Assembly (NCBI GenBank): GCA_951406725.2
Contig: OX597815.1
Coordinates: 31,124,001 to 31,188,000 of the forward strand
DNA from: Octopus vulgaris
Taxonomy: Eukaryota
DNA length: 64,000 nt
Reading direction: 5' to 3'
This document shows positions 42,839 through 57,038 of the stretch, piece after piece (the first letter of the stretch is position 1; every line of letters starts with the position of its first letter). The notes below the pieces were generated by a model that saw only the letters and a list, made by a program, of their open reading frames with translations, ran no database searches and was not told the origin of the DNA. The position numbers and the translations under genes were made by a program.

Positions 42839-44889
42839 GTGTTGTGTTTGCTTTTGAATTTCATACGATTTTCACAAGGAGAACAGGTTTTCATTATTCT
42901 TACTAAGCGTGCTCTTACTATGTTTATTCTTCCATGTGTTCTGATATTACGGAGTTCTTGCAAGTTAAATATTTGGTGGCCAAGGGTTTCGTATAACGTG
43001 GATGGAGGAACTGTATTTGGATATTCATTGCTTTTAAGTCAGAGCTCGGTATCTAAGATTATTCTTTTACTCACAAAATATATTGTAATGTTTACCTATA
43101 AAATTGTCTAACACTATAATGTTAATTCATACCGTCTGACTAGACACTCACAATCACAAGATGAAATTCCAGAAACGTAGCTATTACAGCAAATACACCA
43201 AATACTCTTCACACATATTCTGCAACATCCTACTAAGAATACGATAAACCTTGTGCCACATAAGTACATTGTTTATGGCCTATTCTCCATTTTGGTCAGT
43301 CGATAGAAACATTTTCTTGCTATTTCTCATGAAAAGCAAATTATTATGTCGGGCGCGAGACATCTGACAGACTACGTCTTGTTTATACTCTGGAGTCATA
43401 TCGCTCACGCTATGTTTGTGTCGATTACGTGAATTAATAATGTACAACAGCAATAAACCGGACGAGGCTTTAACCGTATGAACACTAAACAGTGAAGTTT
43501 GTAATCATAATGGGCATTGAAATAATCGCTTTTATGTTCGTAGATGTAATTTGCTACTGCAGTAACATATACGAAACTGATTAGATTTGTAAATGATTTG
43601 TCTTAGTTTACAACAAATTCATTTCGAGGTAATTCTAACTGAACTATTAGCTACATCAGCTTTCCATGTAGGTTTTATATTTAAAGAGAACAGCTTAACT
43701 TGGAAAATATAACAAAACGTTATCTAAACATAATTTACTGTTGCTTTTATGGGAAAGGAAACTGTTTTTAAGAGAGCCAGGGTGGCCTTTTCTTTTCCTT
43801 CTTTTTTATGTTCTTTTATTACATACCATACAAACTAGAAAGAAGAGAGAAGAAATAACTTCTTAATAACTGGAAATCTCGGTGAAATAGATAAGAAGCC
43901 TAGTATGATATCATTTTATTGCTTGAATTACTTTTATACCAAATATTTGGTAATGTACTATGGTATAGTGTTTCAAAATTAAGTTCTTTTGAAAAGATAA
44001 ATATAGGACATATTATTTGCCAGAATGTCAATTCCAAGTGAGCAGACCTTATAATCAAAGACTTGCAATCATTGCTTTTCCGTTCTGTGTTTTTTTAATC
44101 TAATTTAGCATTGTGTATATAGAAATTATCCATTGTGTCCATGGTTTAAATCGGCAGTGTATGATTTTCAATAACAGGGTTAATGACTACGTACAGGATC
44201 TGTCGTTAGTTTACGTAGTACATGCAATAAACAAAAGACTGGTGAGGAAAATGAAAAGAAGGATGTTTGGTGAGTGTAATATATAAAGGCTATTGGATTG
44301 CCAATTTATTAGTCGAGAGTTCAAATTTCACGAGTTATTTCTTTGTATCATTAGACATGACACTAAATACTTTACTATCTTTGTTCAACAAGTTGTTGGG
44401 AATAGAATAAACTCTTCTGAAAATATTAATAACGATATAGCAATTTTTTTTCTTCTGTAGAGGAAATATATATATCTTATTTCTAAATCTTTATCACCGG
44501 ATTTTTACTTCAAAGGATTTGTGAAAGAATTACCTTTACAAGTTATATGAGATGGTAGAATTAAAAATAAGAAATGTTAAATAATACAAAAACACAGAAA
44601 CGATAGTGGTGCATTCAAGGAAAACGAGTAAGGCAGAGATGACAAGCATCAATCAAAATGCAATGTGTTTCCCTTACAGTGGGAATGTTTTTGTTATTTC
44701 AGATTTATAGGGAACTGGAAAATAGGGAGCTGTGAGGGTAACATGGAATTCACAGTATTATGGCTATTAAGAAAACTCTTTCAAATAAGAATAGTTTTTT
44801 CCCAGAGCCAGCTGAGAGGGTTTCTGGAAGGCTGATTTCTATACACATACACATGCACGTGAACCCACATAAACATGTGTGCGTATGTG

Positions 44890-44958
<69 letters not shown>

Positions 44959-45712
44959 GAGAGAAAGATAAAAAGGAACAGAGAGAAGAACCCACCAAGA
45001 TACTATCTTTAGCTGTGACCTACTCCCCACCTCTTGCCATATGTTGTTCTATCCCATCTTCGTTCTTTTTACAATCTTAAACATAATAAAATCCACCAGT
45101 TTTGGTATGTCTACTATTTATTCATGTAAACCTATTTTTCCTAGACCTCTTTTTATCTACATGTACACTCATAACCCCCACATATAATATTGAAATACAC
45201 ACGCAAGCACCCACGCATATAAACATGCAAACGCACACACATTCACACAGATTTTGTACAATGTGTGTGGCATGTGTGGAATTTTAATCATTGTTGTCTG
45301 CTAAAATGAAGATGTCTCTGAGCAAATAAGGTGATGACAACTCAGAAAACCAGAATCATATGGGCGTCCCAGTTAGATTTCAAACAGAACAGGATTTACT
45401 TGAGCGGAGCATATTAATTCAAACGTGAAATCTTCATGTGAAATCTACGTTCCAGTAATTCATCAGTTGTTGTTATTATTTAAACCGAATTTAACTTTGT
45501 TCATAGATACATAGAAGCAAACGCATTCCAGCCACATCGACTTGGCCTTATTTTCTGGAAGAGTATATTCAATGAGTCTCTTAGTGTGTTTCAAGAGAGG
45601 CTTGGTTTCGATTTATATCTGATCGAGCTGCAACGCAAATGCAGCGTCCTTAGCTTGCTAAACTTGTTTGTATGTCATAGATATTTTGAACAGTTGTGGA
45701 GTTATTAGATAA

Positions 45713-46456
45713 ACTAGCAGTAAGACCACCCTCCATTGGTGGAAGGGTTCAGCTAGCCACTTGTTAATATTTTCACATTTGATTCCCAGTTCTAATATTT
45801 TTTATGATATTTGACGTCTAACTATTTCTTTGTATAATAGTTCTCGCTTGCTTAGTAAATATTGCTTTCATTATTTTATCACAGTCATAAGCTCTCTTTT
45901 TTAAACAAACATCAAAGTAGTCCAACTAAGTTTAGTGTGCAAAAAATAGCAGCGATCAAAAAATAGCAGAGATATTTTAATATCTATAACGTAGCAAATA
46001 GCCATAGCAACAAATTCACTTCATAATTCTTAGATAATTACGGAAAGGAAATAAGTCACATGAGTCTGAAGCTTCATTAAGTTCTAATAGGTTATATAAT
46101 TGTTTTCCAGTATGTATAGATAATAAACTGATGGCATTTACATAGGGAATTTAAGTCAATAAAATACCCGATGTCCTCATCTGAAATAACGAAATGAAAC
46201 TTGAAATGAAAAAACTGCAATGAATATATATTAAGTAAATTATTATTAACGAACATTTATTTCAGTCGCTTTGGCCTGGTTTTATCTGATTCAGTTACCT
46301 GTCTTTCTCTCCGCCGTCGTGCCTTTGCTGCTAAGTGTTATTTTCAGTCGCATATTTTTTAAATGCCCCATGTTGAATCGCAAAATTTTAGTGTGATATT
46401 TGTGTAATAACGAAATCAAACCTGGAATGTGTGTGTGCTTATATTACAGGGACAGT

Positions 46457-46506
<50 letters not shown>

Positions 46507-47590
46507 TAGACAGACAAATAGAGAGACAGACAGAGACAGAGAGAGAACACTGCAAACAACAAATGAAAAATCTTGAAATGAAAAATCGTATAAATAAGAA
46601 CTCGTAAAAAACTATCTTATACCGAATATTGAAATCAGTGAACTTGAAATATTCAACAATAAAAGGAAGCTCAGAAAGTAAATTTTCCTGAAAACTTCAG
46701 TTTTGGAAAAATCTCACTTACTTAGTAAATATTTCTTTCAGAAATTTATCGTAGTTGTAACATATCTCTAATTTAAACAAGCTTTAAGGTAACCCAACTA
46801 CGTTAACGTGCTAGAAATAGCAGTGATCACATAGTTATTATTATAAGGCTCATAGGGTTCCAAACAGCCATACTAACAAAATCACTTCTTAATTTCTTGT
46901 TTAAATTAAACCGGTATATTAAAAAATTTCATTTTATCAAAAATATTCATTTAACAAACTCCGGAAACTGATATTATTGAAATTGTACCTCGTATCATAA
47001 GCCCCAAAGTTATACAGCCATTTTGTCTAATAGCATTCATTCATTCTATAAATATTTTTAAAATATATATTACGCATATAGAATAAACTGTGGGTTTTGC
47101 AAATAGCGAATGAAAATTTGAAATGAAAACATTGAAATGAATATATATTAAATTATCATTACTGAAAAGAGAGGCGAGAGAGAGTGAGAGACTGTTACAA
47201 TGAAAACATAAAATTAATATTTTTTTTATTAAACAAATTAATATTTTTTATTAAACATTAAAATCTACTCTGCAGTAAATGCAACGAATATTTAAATTTG
47301 TGAAAGGCTTTTAGTTCAAATATTCAATAAACTTCGGAAATCGAAATTACAGAAAATTTCTTCGGAAAATGAATTTATAAAAAATATTTCCAGACGGTGA
47401 AGCCTTTTAACAATTCCTTTCTTTTAGTAACTGTTACACGCCTAATCAATAAACAGCTTTCTCCATTATAATATAGATGCCTTCGGGACGTGGATTTTAT
47501 GTAAAGTACGTAGAATAAACTAAAAATACGGTATAGCAAACATTGCAGAACTAGAAAAGCTGAATAGTGCACAAACACATATTATAGAGA
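45713..47590 (+). mobile_element. Possible non-autonomous AT-rich element with internal sub-repeats
   Basis: ACTAGC start; block AAATGAAA..TTGAAATGAAAA..AATGAATATATATTAA recurs at about 46190 and 47105, with partial copies at about 46405 and 46560. Confidence 0.3.
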
Positions 47591-47600
47591 ATCAAGTCTT

Positions 47601-47845
47601 CAAAGCTATCATATATTGGAGATACAATGCGTCACGAGTCATTGCCTAGAACCATTCAGGAAGTGTGGCGGGGAAGAGAGCAAGAGGCCTTCAAAGACGG
47701 TTTCGGACTGATGACAGCAAAGAATAGGCGAGAAACAAGAGCCCCGCTTAGTATATATATGTAGCACAACACAAAAGGAACCGAAGAATTTTGGCAAGTT
47801 GACCCCCAAGACATAGGGTGGAGGCTTGCGTTATGGCTGATGGAT
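47601..47845 (+). mobile_element. RTE-clade LINE 3' fragment
   Basis: KLSYIGDTMRHESLPRTIQ / GSVAGKRARGLQRRFRTDDSKE* resembles KLxYFGHIMR..G.V.GKR.RGR.R.RW.DDI.EW. Confidence 0.8.
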
Positions 47846-48296
47846 ATATTAATTTCTTAATATCACATAATGAGGACAATGACATTGTTAGCTATAGGTT
47901 TACAATGGGTGGGTCCCTGGTCCATTGTTTTTACTATGTCGGGAGTGGCAAGACATTATTTATATAATCGGGACTTAACAGTCTGTACCCATATTTAACA
48001 AAGTATTCAAATATGAATTTCTTCTCTGACTTCCACAAAAAATGCTTTCTATTTGATAAGATGGATATATCCACACCATTTATATTTTAAAACATTCACT
48101 GTAACAAAAAATATTAAACATTCTCTAATATATACTTCTGTGCCATTTCCAACTTTATTTACTTTTTAAGGCCAAAATTTTGATTTGTATTGATTCTTAA
48201 CCACTTTTCAACTCTCTCTCTCTCTCTCTCCCTCTCTCTCACTATAATTATATATATATATATTTATATGTATATGTATATATGTATATGTATATA

Positions 48297-48399
<103 letters not shown>

Positions 48400-48439
48400 C
48401 TGTGTGTGTGTGTATGTATATATATATATATATATATGG

Positions 48440-49203
48440 TGAAATATAACGTGCGTGAATGGTACAACAATGCAGAGTGGACTATAATGACTGTTATAAT
48501 CTAATTATTCATACTCTGATATATTTCGGAATATAAAAATTCCCTCTTCAGATATCGCTAAGAATTGGTCGAGTCATTGCTATAATCGGTTTTCCAACGG
48601 TTACTGACATTTTTTTCCGGAAGCGCCTCTGCAGTGGTTTCACGAAGTTCCTTCCGGAATTCCCCCTGAGAAGTGCGTGAGGGCGGCCATGTCTCAAGCT
48701 CGTGTATTTTGGAACATCCGCAGCGCTACTTCTAAGTCGTGTATTATACGTATAATTTTTTAATATTTTTTAAATAATGCATGAGCATGTTACCAGAAAT
48801 GAACTTACACGCACCCAGATGTCGCTAAATAATAAATTGATTGCTAATTTCCAGTCTGTTGTTAATAATTTGGGGCTCTATTCTGTCTATAAGGATAGCT
48901 TCCTCAAATGTGACTGTTATGCATTATGATGTCGGTGTTCTGACATCATTCGCGATGTTTTCTGAAGGAGGTTCGCGTGTTTAGATGTTCTTTGAAGCGA
49001 ATGTATAACGGCCTTGTTGTGCTACCCACACAGAACTTGTTGCATTTTTTATATTGTATTCTATACACAACATTTACCGGTTAGCATAAATCTGTGTCAC
49101 GGGTGGGGCAGTTAGCCACTGTGCATTGATGGCTGTCCCTTGCTCGTTTCTTTGCTAGGTGTCTTCTCAGAGAGAGGCTGGAGTGGGCTAGTTGTATGTC
49201 TAG
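48440..49203 (-). mobile_element. Penelope-like element 3' fragment: GIY-YIG domain (~49203-48826) plus downstream pLTR-like region
   Basis: CTVANCPT..LC*PVNVVYRIQYKKCNKFCVGSTTRPLYIRFKEHL..EEAILI..PQIIN; flanked by (TA)n; hammerhead-like motif downstream. Confidence 0.85.
48511..48557 (-). ncRNA. Candidate minimal type I hammerhead ribozyme (helix I imperfect)
   Basis: Minus strand reads CUGAAGA-G-GGAAU-uuuuau-AUUCC-GAAA-UAUA-UC; context is downstream of a Penelope ORF. Confidence 0.6.
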
Positions 49204-49246
49204 TCGTTCGCTTCTTATATATAGATATATATATATATATCTTTCT

Positions 49247-49316
<70 letters not shown>

Positions 49317-49317
<1 letters not shown>

Positions 49318-50057
49318 GATGACGATCTCAGTTGGAGTGCACACATCAACAATAAGGTATATAGCTCGTAGGATGAGTTCCTGGATCTTAAGAACTTTCC
49401 GGTCCAGAGAACAAGGTATCATCATACCACTTTTCTCCTCCTTTGTACGGCCACACCTCGAATACTGCTGCCCACTGTGGTCTCCCCATACAAGACAAAA
49501 CATCTCGAGGATTGAATCACCCCAGAGGGCACTCACAAAACGAATTGAAGGCATGGCTGCTCTCGATTATTGAGATCGCCTTAAAGCCTTGAAACTCTAC
49601 TCTCTCCAGCGTCGCCTTGAGCGGTACATCATTTGTATGATGTGGAGAATATACCGCCAACTTTCCCAAACGACCTGAACATTAGCTTCAAGGTTCATCC
49701 AAGACTGGGACCACGGGCCATACGTGCCCTGCCCAATTCAAGATCACAGCATACATGTACGCTGCAACATAATTTCTTTTCCTCAACAGGCCCTGCCGTA
49801 TTTAACATTGTTCCGAAAGAGATCAAAGAGGAAAAGGATCCCAACAACTTTAAACGGAGTCTGGATAGATTCCTTCAAGGAATATCAGATAAGCCAGCCA
49901 TAATTGGATACAACTCACCCAACAAAAACTCATTACTTGAATGGACCATAAACAAAATTTGACTTAAACAGGATTTAGATAATCCTATCAGGTGGTGCTA
50001 TTAAGATAGACATGGCCTGGACCAATCTTTGGTCGAAACATATCTAAGTTTTATCTA

Positions 50058-50062
<5 letters not shown>
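49317..50062 (+). mobile_element. CR1-clade LINE, 5'-truncated 3' end, inserted in (TA)n
   Basis: WILRTFRSR..LFSSFVRPHLEYCCPLWSPH..QRALTKRI..LDY*DRLKALKLYSLQRRLERY..FKRSLDRFL; 3' hairpin GACCAA-TCT-TTGGTC and tandem TATCTAA(G/A)TTT tail. Confidence 0.92.
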
Positions 50063-50104
<42 letters not shown>

Positions 50105-50115
50105 TATATACACGC

Positions 50116-50182
<67 letters not shown>

Positions 50183-50259
50183 CATATATATATGTATATA
50201 CATATATATGTATACACTATATATGCCTACATATATATGTATATACATATATTTAATTC

Positions 50260-50720
50260 TTCTATCGCTCTGCCTCTACCTCTCTCTCTTCTCTCCTCGC
50301 GTGACCGGTATTCGGCCGAGCCTGACCTTTCTTTCTTGGTTCGACTACCATCCGTGCAACATTTATATTCCTCCCTGTGCCTATCAAATCTCATGTCCCT
50401 ACCGCAAGGCTTTACTTCCACACACGCCAGCTTAATTTAATTCGTCCTTCGTTGTTATGTCCTGTTATTTGTATTTGTATTTGTGCAACATTTCTCCATT
50501 TTTCCGTCCTTGTTTTCGCATACATGCGGTGCTCTATAATGCTCTTAGCTTAGATTTTCCTTGTGGCTGGCCAAATTGGAGCAATCTCGAGTATAATCAG
50601 CCAAAATTGCAAAGATAATATGGAACTCGAGTGAGGATAAAAAACTTCGAATGGCCCATACTTGTTTTCTTTGTATTATCTGTCTAGATGTTTTGCGTTC
50701 TTGTCCCTATTTTGTATTTT
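50260..50720 (+). repeat. Unclassified dispersed repeat between (TA)n tracts (partial inverted relative at 56886-57038)
   Basis: Shared CC(A/G)AA.TTGC..TGAGGA..CTTCGAATG..GCGTTCTTGTCCC..TTTTGTA. Confidence 0.75.
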
Positions 50721-50752
<32 letters not shown>

Positions 50753-50767
50753 TATATATACATATAA

Positions 50768-50810
<43 letters not shown>

Positions 50811-50836
50811 ATATATACAAATATGTTTATACATAA

Positions 50837-50867
<31 letters not shown>

Positions 50868-50905
50868 TACATACATGCATACATGTATATATATATATAT
50901 GTATA

Positions 50906-50940
<35 letters not shown>

Positions 50941-50967
50941 TTATGTATGTATGTATGTATCTATCTA

Positions 50968-51028
<61 letters not shown>

Positions 51029-51032
51029 ATCT

Positions 51033-51098
<66 letters not shown>

Positions 51099-51579
51099 AT
51101 TGGGTTATAAAAAACATTACTTGGAAAATATCGAAGGCTGCCCATCGAACACGAATTCATATTTTCTGTAAACATACCAAATGTTCTAGTATTGTACCAA
51201 ATCAATCCTTCAAATGTCTCCTTCTATTTAAGAAGTTCTGCTATTACCAGTGAGAATCGTACGTTGATGAAATGTGGCAACTATTGATTTCAGAAGTAGA
51301 AGCTCATTGATTCATCGATCTGGAACCATACTCCGATGTGCTCTAGGTCATGTAAAGGTCCGGGTTAAAGGCTGTAGCGTATTTCAGATGTATATTAGTC
51401 ACTTTTATAGAAATTCTAGATAACGATGTCTTGTTTAATTGTATGGTTTAGTGTAGTCAGTTATTTGAATGGATGAATGAATGAATGATCGATTGATTGA
51501 TTGATTGATTGATTGGTTAATCAACTGGCTGACTAATTGGCTGCTGATTTATTGACTGATTGATTTACTAATTGCTATT

Positions 51580-51785
51580 AATGAACTGGCAGAATAGTTA
51601 TCGAATCGGACAAAATGCTTAGCGGCATTTCTTCCTTCTCTTTATGTTAGGAGTTCAAAACCCGCAAGTATCAACCATTGCCTTTCAGGGTCGATAAAAT
51701 AAAGCACCGGTTGGGCACGTGGGTCGTTGAAATCGACTTAAACTTCCTCTACAATCTTTGGTCTTGCATTGAAATTTGAATTAAT
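51580..51785 (+). mobile_element. Diverged SINE-B
   Basis: GAACTGGCAGAATAGTTA..AAAATGCTTAGCGGCATTT..GAGTTCAAA..GGGTCGATAAAATAAAG. Confidence 0.8.
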
Positions 51786-52164
51786 AAGTAACCTTATTGT
51801 CGTTGTTGTTTTCGTCGTTGCTTTATTTATAGGAGGTCTTCTACGTCTTCCCTGGAGACACCAAGTAACAACAAGTTAGACGTTTTACTGTTGATGTAAT
51901 TTATGAGTATCAATGATATATTGCAGATGAAAACGAAGATGAAATATTGAGAATTAAGATTTCGATAAAAGTTTGTTGCAATGTTTGTGATTTTGAAAGT
52001 TTAACAGATTCAAATATATTTAAGTGGACAGTGTTTGTGTTAGAATTTGGATAATACCCCAGGAGATCAATTTTTTGTAGTTCTGATAATTCGGGGTTTC
52101 ATAGTGTTTGACAATTGTATTTAAGAGTATGAAAAAAGAAGTAAAGATCATTCCCGAGTCATAT

Positions 52165-52390
52165 AGAATCATGGGCCCGGTTTCCTGGTTTTCATGGCGT
52201 ATACATTTCTCACCTGGATGGGATGCAGGTCCGTCACAGGATTGCTCATTTCTGTCTGGTAAGTGGACTGGAGTAACGAGAAATAAAGTATTTTGCTCAA
52301 GAACACGACGCGTCGCCCGACCCAGGAATCGAAACCATAATTTTACGAATATTACTCCATTATCCTAACTACTAAGCCACACGTTTCTAC
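52165..52390 (-). mobile_element. SINE H1 + T3
   Basis: Reverse complement of the 41289-41498 family. Confidence 0.8.
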
Positions 52391-53081
52391 TGCATTTAAA
52401 AGTAATATTTGGTATTATCCTCTAAGCTCCGATTATAAGAGGCACATCTGTCGTTCCTATTTACCAAATATTTGAGCCTCTATTTCAAGGTCCATGTATT
52501 TATTTAACTCTCCAAACCTTTTCTCATAGATACCACATTGTACTGGGACATATTTATTAAGAAACATATTTTGTAAATGGAATTTTGCAACATAACATGC
52601 GGTCTTTGATGTGTTTTTAAACTTATGAATTGTTCACTGTGTTAGTTCGGAAAACAAAAAAATTTCTTATTATTTTTTGCTTCGTTTGTGACATATGCCT
52701 TCATATGCGTCTTTGTGTGAATTTCAGGTAATTGTGTAAGCATTGGGATGTGTGTGTAGTCCTATGGGTATTAAAATGTATATATGATTGTGTAGATATT
52801 CGAGTGTATGCGTAATTAATCAATTTACGTACTTACTGTTTTGTTCCACTTATATTTTATAATTTGCAAGCTCTCCGGTGTTGATTTCGCATGTGACTTT
52901 CGCAATGTTTCACTGTGCATGGGAGAAACTGTGTTTTGTAAGGCAGAAAAATTTCGTTTTTATGATTATTTTCATTAAAAGGCCGCTCCCTTCAAGTCTT
53001 CCAAGGGTTCCTTTATCAGATTCCACCGATATTATTACATTAGATTTGTTTTTAAATGGAGAGTCCGGTGTACCACATCCA

Positions 53082-53274
<193 letters not shown>

Positions 53275-54012
53275 TAACTAGCTTGGTTGGCTGGTTCGTT
53301 GGTTAGCAAAAGAATCAGTTTCAGAAAACTTTTAAAACTGTTATTGCAATTATAAGATTTAACCCTGTACAGTTGGAACTTTCAGAGTCACAGCCCATTA
53401 TTTGTTTGGTTTATATATCGGGAATATCTGGATCATTGGTCAAAATATTTCAGTTACTGGATCAAAAATTTTATTTCATCCATATATCTGGTGTGAATAG
53501 ATAAAGAGTGGAGTGTTTGAATACCGGGTTTTATAAGGCATAACACTGAAACGATTGCACCAATAGATCATTCACAAATTGATATATTGAGTAAGTGGAT
53601 GAATGAAGAATATAGTGCTATGCATAATCCCCCACACACCCACGTAGATGTCTGCTTGTATGGTACGTTTGAATAAAGATATATCCGTGTGTGTTTGTGC
53701 GTGTATATGTGTGTATGTATGTGTGCGTGTGTGTTTGCGGGTGCGTATGTATAAATATGTATATATACACCCATCCACCCACACACACATACACACACAT
53801 ATGTATATATACATATATTTATATATATGCGTATGGATGTACGAGTGTCCCTTTCTATATATATGTATATATATATATATATTTATATATATGTGTGTGT
53901 GTATGTATATATATGAGTGCGAGTATGTGTGTATATGTGTGCGTCTGGTCTGTGTGTATACATATATGTATGTATGTGTATATATATGTGCATATAGAAA
54001 TATGTATTTAAC

Positions 54013-54077
<65 letters not shown>

Positions 54078-55388
54078 GGGTATTGAGAGAGAGCGAGGCA
54101 GAGACGGAGACAGAGATAGAGATAGACAAACAACCATATAGACAGACAGATAGTCAAACAGAGACGAATAGATGAAGAATGTGTATATTTAGTTTAGATA
54201 CCAGAGTGACCGAAAAGACGTAGCACATTTGATTAGTTTATCTCTACGTGTCTGTATATCAAACTATAGGAATTTATATTAAAATATTTGATTGGCTGAT
54301 AAATCAAACTAAAGAAATACCCAGAAGTCAGCATGTGTGAAAGATAAATTAGGAATCAATACAAAAAGTGGACACATCCTGCACAGCTGGTTCGCCCATA
54401 CTTGATTCTACGGTAAGGGTTGTTGGTGAATGAGCTAAAAGTTTAATTTATAACGCCAAGTTATTTCCTTGTTCTATAAAACACTGTTCAATACTTTCCT
54501 CTTTCGATAATTTAAAGTTATTCTCAAGTTTGGATTTATTGAAGAATCAAATGAAGCAAATATAATATATTTATAGTAAGTTCTACCTGGTGTCCCATAA
54601 AAGTTTATTGTTGATTAAATTGATTACAGAACCACGTGTTTGCAAAGCAGAATTCTTAATCACACAGCAATGTCTACTTCATAACTTTGTCTCACATCAA
54701 TACAGGAGAAGGTGGTCTCGATGCGGTCACAAGACTTACTGGAAATAGCAGCCAAATAGCACTCAAATTAAAAATTATTGTTTTAGAAAAAGAAAGGAAT
54801 TATTAGGCATTGAGGTTTTGCATGCACTGTCACGAGGTGGTCACAGATGGAAGTCTTCTGATTATAATATGTCTCCTTGAGTAGAGTTCACCTAGGGCTA
54901 AACAAATACAGCAATCCACAACTCAATCAATATATAATTCCTGATACATTTTCTTTTTTATAAAATTTAACAATCCCGCGAGAGAGGAACGCAAGATAAG
55001 AATTAAAGTCCAAACATCGAAGCGCAAGATCTCAAGCCTATTTGTATAAGAGTTAGTCACGTGTAGACATACATGCATACATACATATATATATATATGC
55101 ATACATTCATATACATACACACAAAACACAATGTTATGCTTGTAGCTCCCGATAAATATATATTTCGAAATGTAAATGAATTTCCGTTATTAAAATGGGA
55201 ATGAAGTTTCAACAGAGAAGAATCAAAAATGCAGTCGGAACAAACTGCTACAATATATTTATAAATATCAAATATTGTCAGTTGGCAATATGTCAGTCGA
55301 GAGCTACGAACATATCGTTTTGTTTGGAACATACAATGGTTAGGGAGAAGCGCTTCAAACGATCAAGCAATGGTAAACATGAGATTCA

Positions 55389-55471
<83 letters not shown>

Positions 55472-56078
55472 CTGGAGGAATTTTGTTCTTTTGGGAACCT
55501 AGTAAAGAAATTACCCTTAGAATTAGTTTGCAATTCGATTCTAAATTCTATTCACATTTCATAATTCGATAATCACAACGGTAAATTGAAATTTTCTTGA
55601 ATTATGACGGCCTGTTTGATTGCTTATCGTAATTCGATTTACAATTACAATTAATAGAAACATAGGTCGAAATTTCCATTCCCAACTGTAGTTAGCCGAC
55701 TGACACAGTGTGTTATCTATAAGTATAAGTTGTAGTTTACGTTTAATCCATTGTTTGCTTTTCCTCTGATGATCCGTCAATCCGATTTTAGGCATTGAAA
55801 ACGCTTTCCTTGTCGACACGGTTATCTTTCGGGCGCTTTGAATGTAATTCTATGTTTGGGATATGATATGTGGAGAGAAAACATTTTGAACAATTAATCG
55901 ATATTAGGGATTATATTAGCCGTGTACAAATTCCCTGGATACTCGTTTCTCCACTGAGATCTTAGCTAAGTCAATTACTCCAGCAATTTGTAATACATTT
56001 TATTGTAACTTTTATTTACACACACACACACACGCGCGCGAACTCACATTCACATACACACATATGAATACACGCACA

Positions 56079-56184
<106 letters not shown>

Positions 56185-56847
56185 GAGTGAGAAAGAGCGA
56201 AAACAAATAAAATATGAGTCAGGACAAAGAATATATATAGTTAGACGAGGAATCCACGTGGTAGAAAATGTGAGGAAAGATAAGATGAAACAATAATAAT
56301 TAAATAGTATCAACAATGAGAATAATTACGCCAAATAAACATAAATCGAAGATGATATAAGCTTCAGGTTATATCATTTATCAAAGAAAAGAAATATGAA
56401 AAAAAAAGTGATAGGCGTGATAACGGCTTCCCGATGTCCGTTTACGTCAGTTGTATGGTCTCAAAATTAAGTTAGCGAGTAGATTAGTAGGAATGGAAGC
56501 GGAGATACAATCTGAGTAATTGTGAGAATAAGGGCGAGGAGAGGAAGAGATGTTGAGAAAAAGAGCTACAAATGAGGAATTCAGGAGGGATGAGAAAAAT
56601 AGATATAATGAAGGTAATAAAGAAGTGGGAATGAGATAAAGAGACGAGAAACGAAATTGTACAGATTGGGTTGGGAGGCGAGACGAGAATGTTGCTGTTG
56701 ATATGCAATATATCGTATGCATAAATGTATAACATAACCATCTACAGAGGTGTTGAATAATACCTAGTATTTGTTAATGAGTATATAGCTTGTACAAATA
56801 TGTCTGTACCCAATCATTTTTGTGCATTTTAATACATCCATGTAAAA

Positions 56848-56885
<38 letters not shown>

Positions 56886-56888
<3 letters not shown>

Positions 56889-57038
56889 AAATGGGACAAG
56901 AACGCAAAGCATCCGGACAACTAGGTGATACAAAAAGGGACAACAAAACATCCGGATAGACCATACAAAAAAACAAGGACAGGTCATTCGAAGCTTTCTC
57001 TCCTCAGTCAAGAACCGGATCATCCTCGCAAATTCGGA
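56886..57038 (-). repeat. Fragment of the 50260-50720 repeat family, flanked by (TA)n
   Basis: Reverse complement aligns with about 50601-50717. Confidence 0.75.

Noticed and set aside
44703-44739. Possible micro-exon TTTCAG/ATTT..GAGG/GTAAC
   Set aside because: Such signals are expected by chance in 64 kb and nothing corroborates it.
50020-50045. GACCAA-TCT-TTGGTC-GAAAC as a hammerhead
   Set aside because: There is no CUGANGA upstream; it is better explained as the CR1 3' recognition stem-loop.
56975-57012. Minus-strand CUGAGGA..GAAU hammerhead-like motif
   Set aside because: It lacks GAAA and helix I pairing, and the core is not retained in the 50630 copy.
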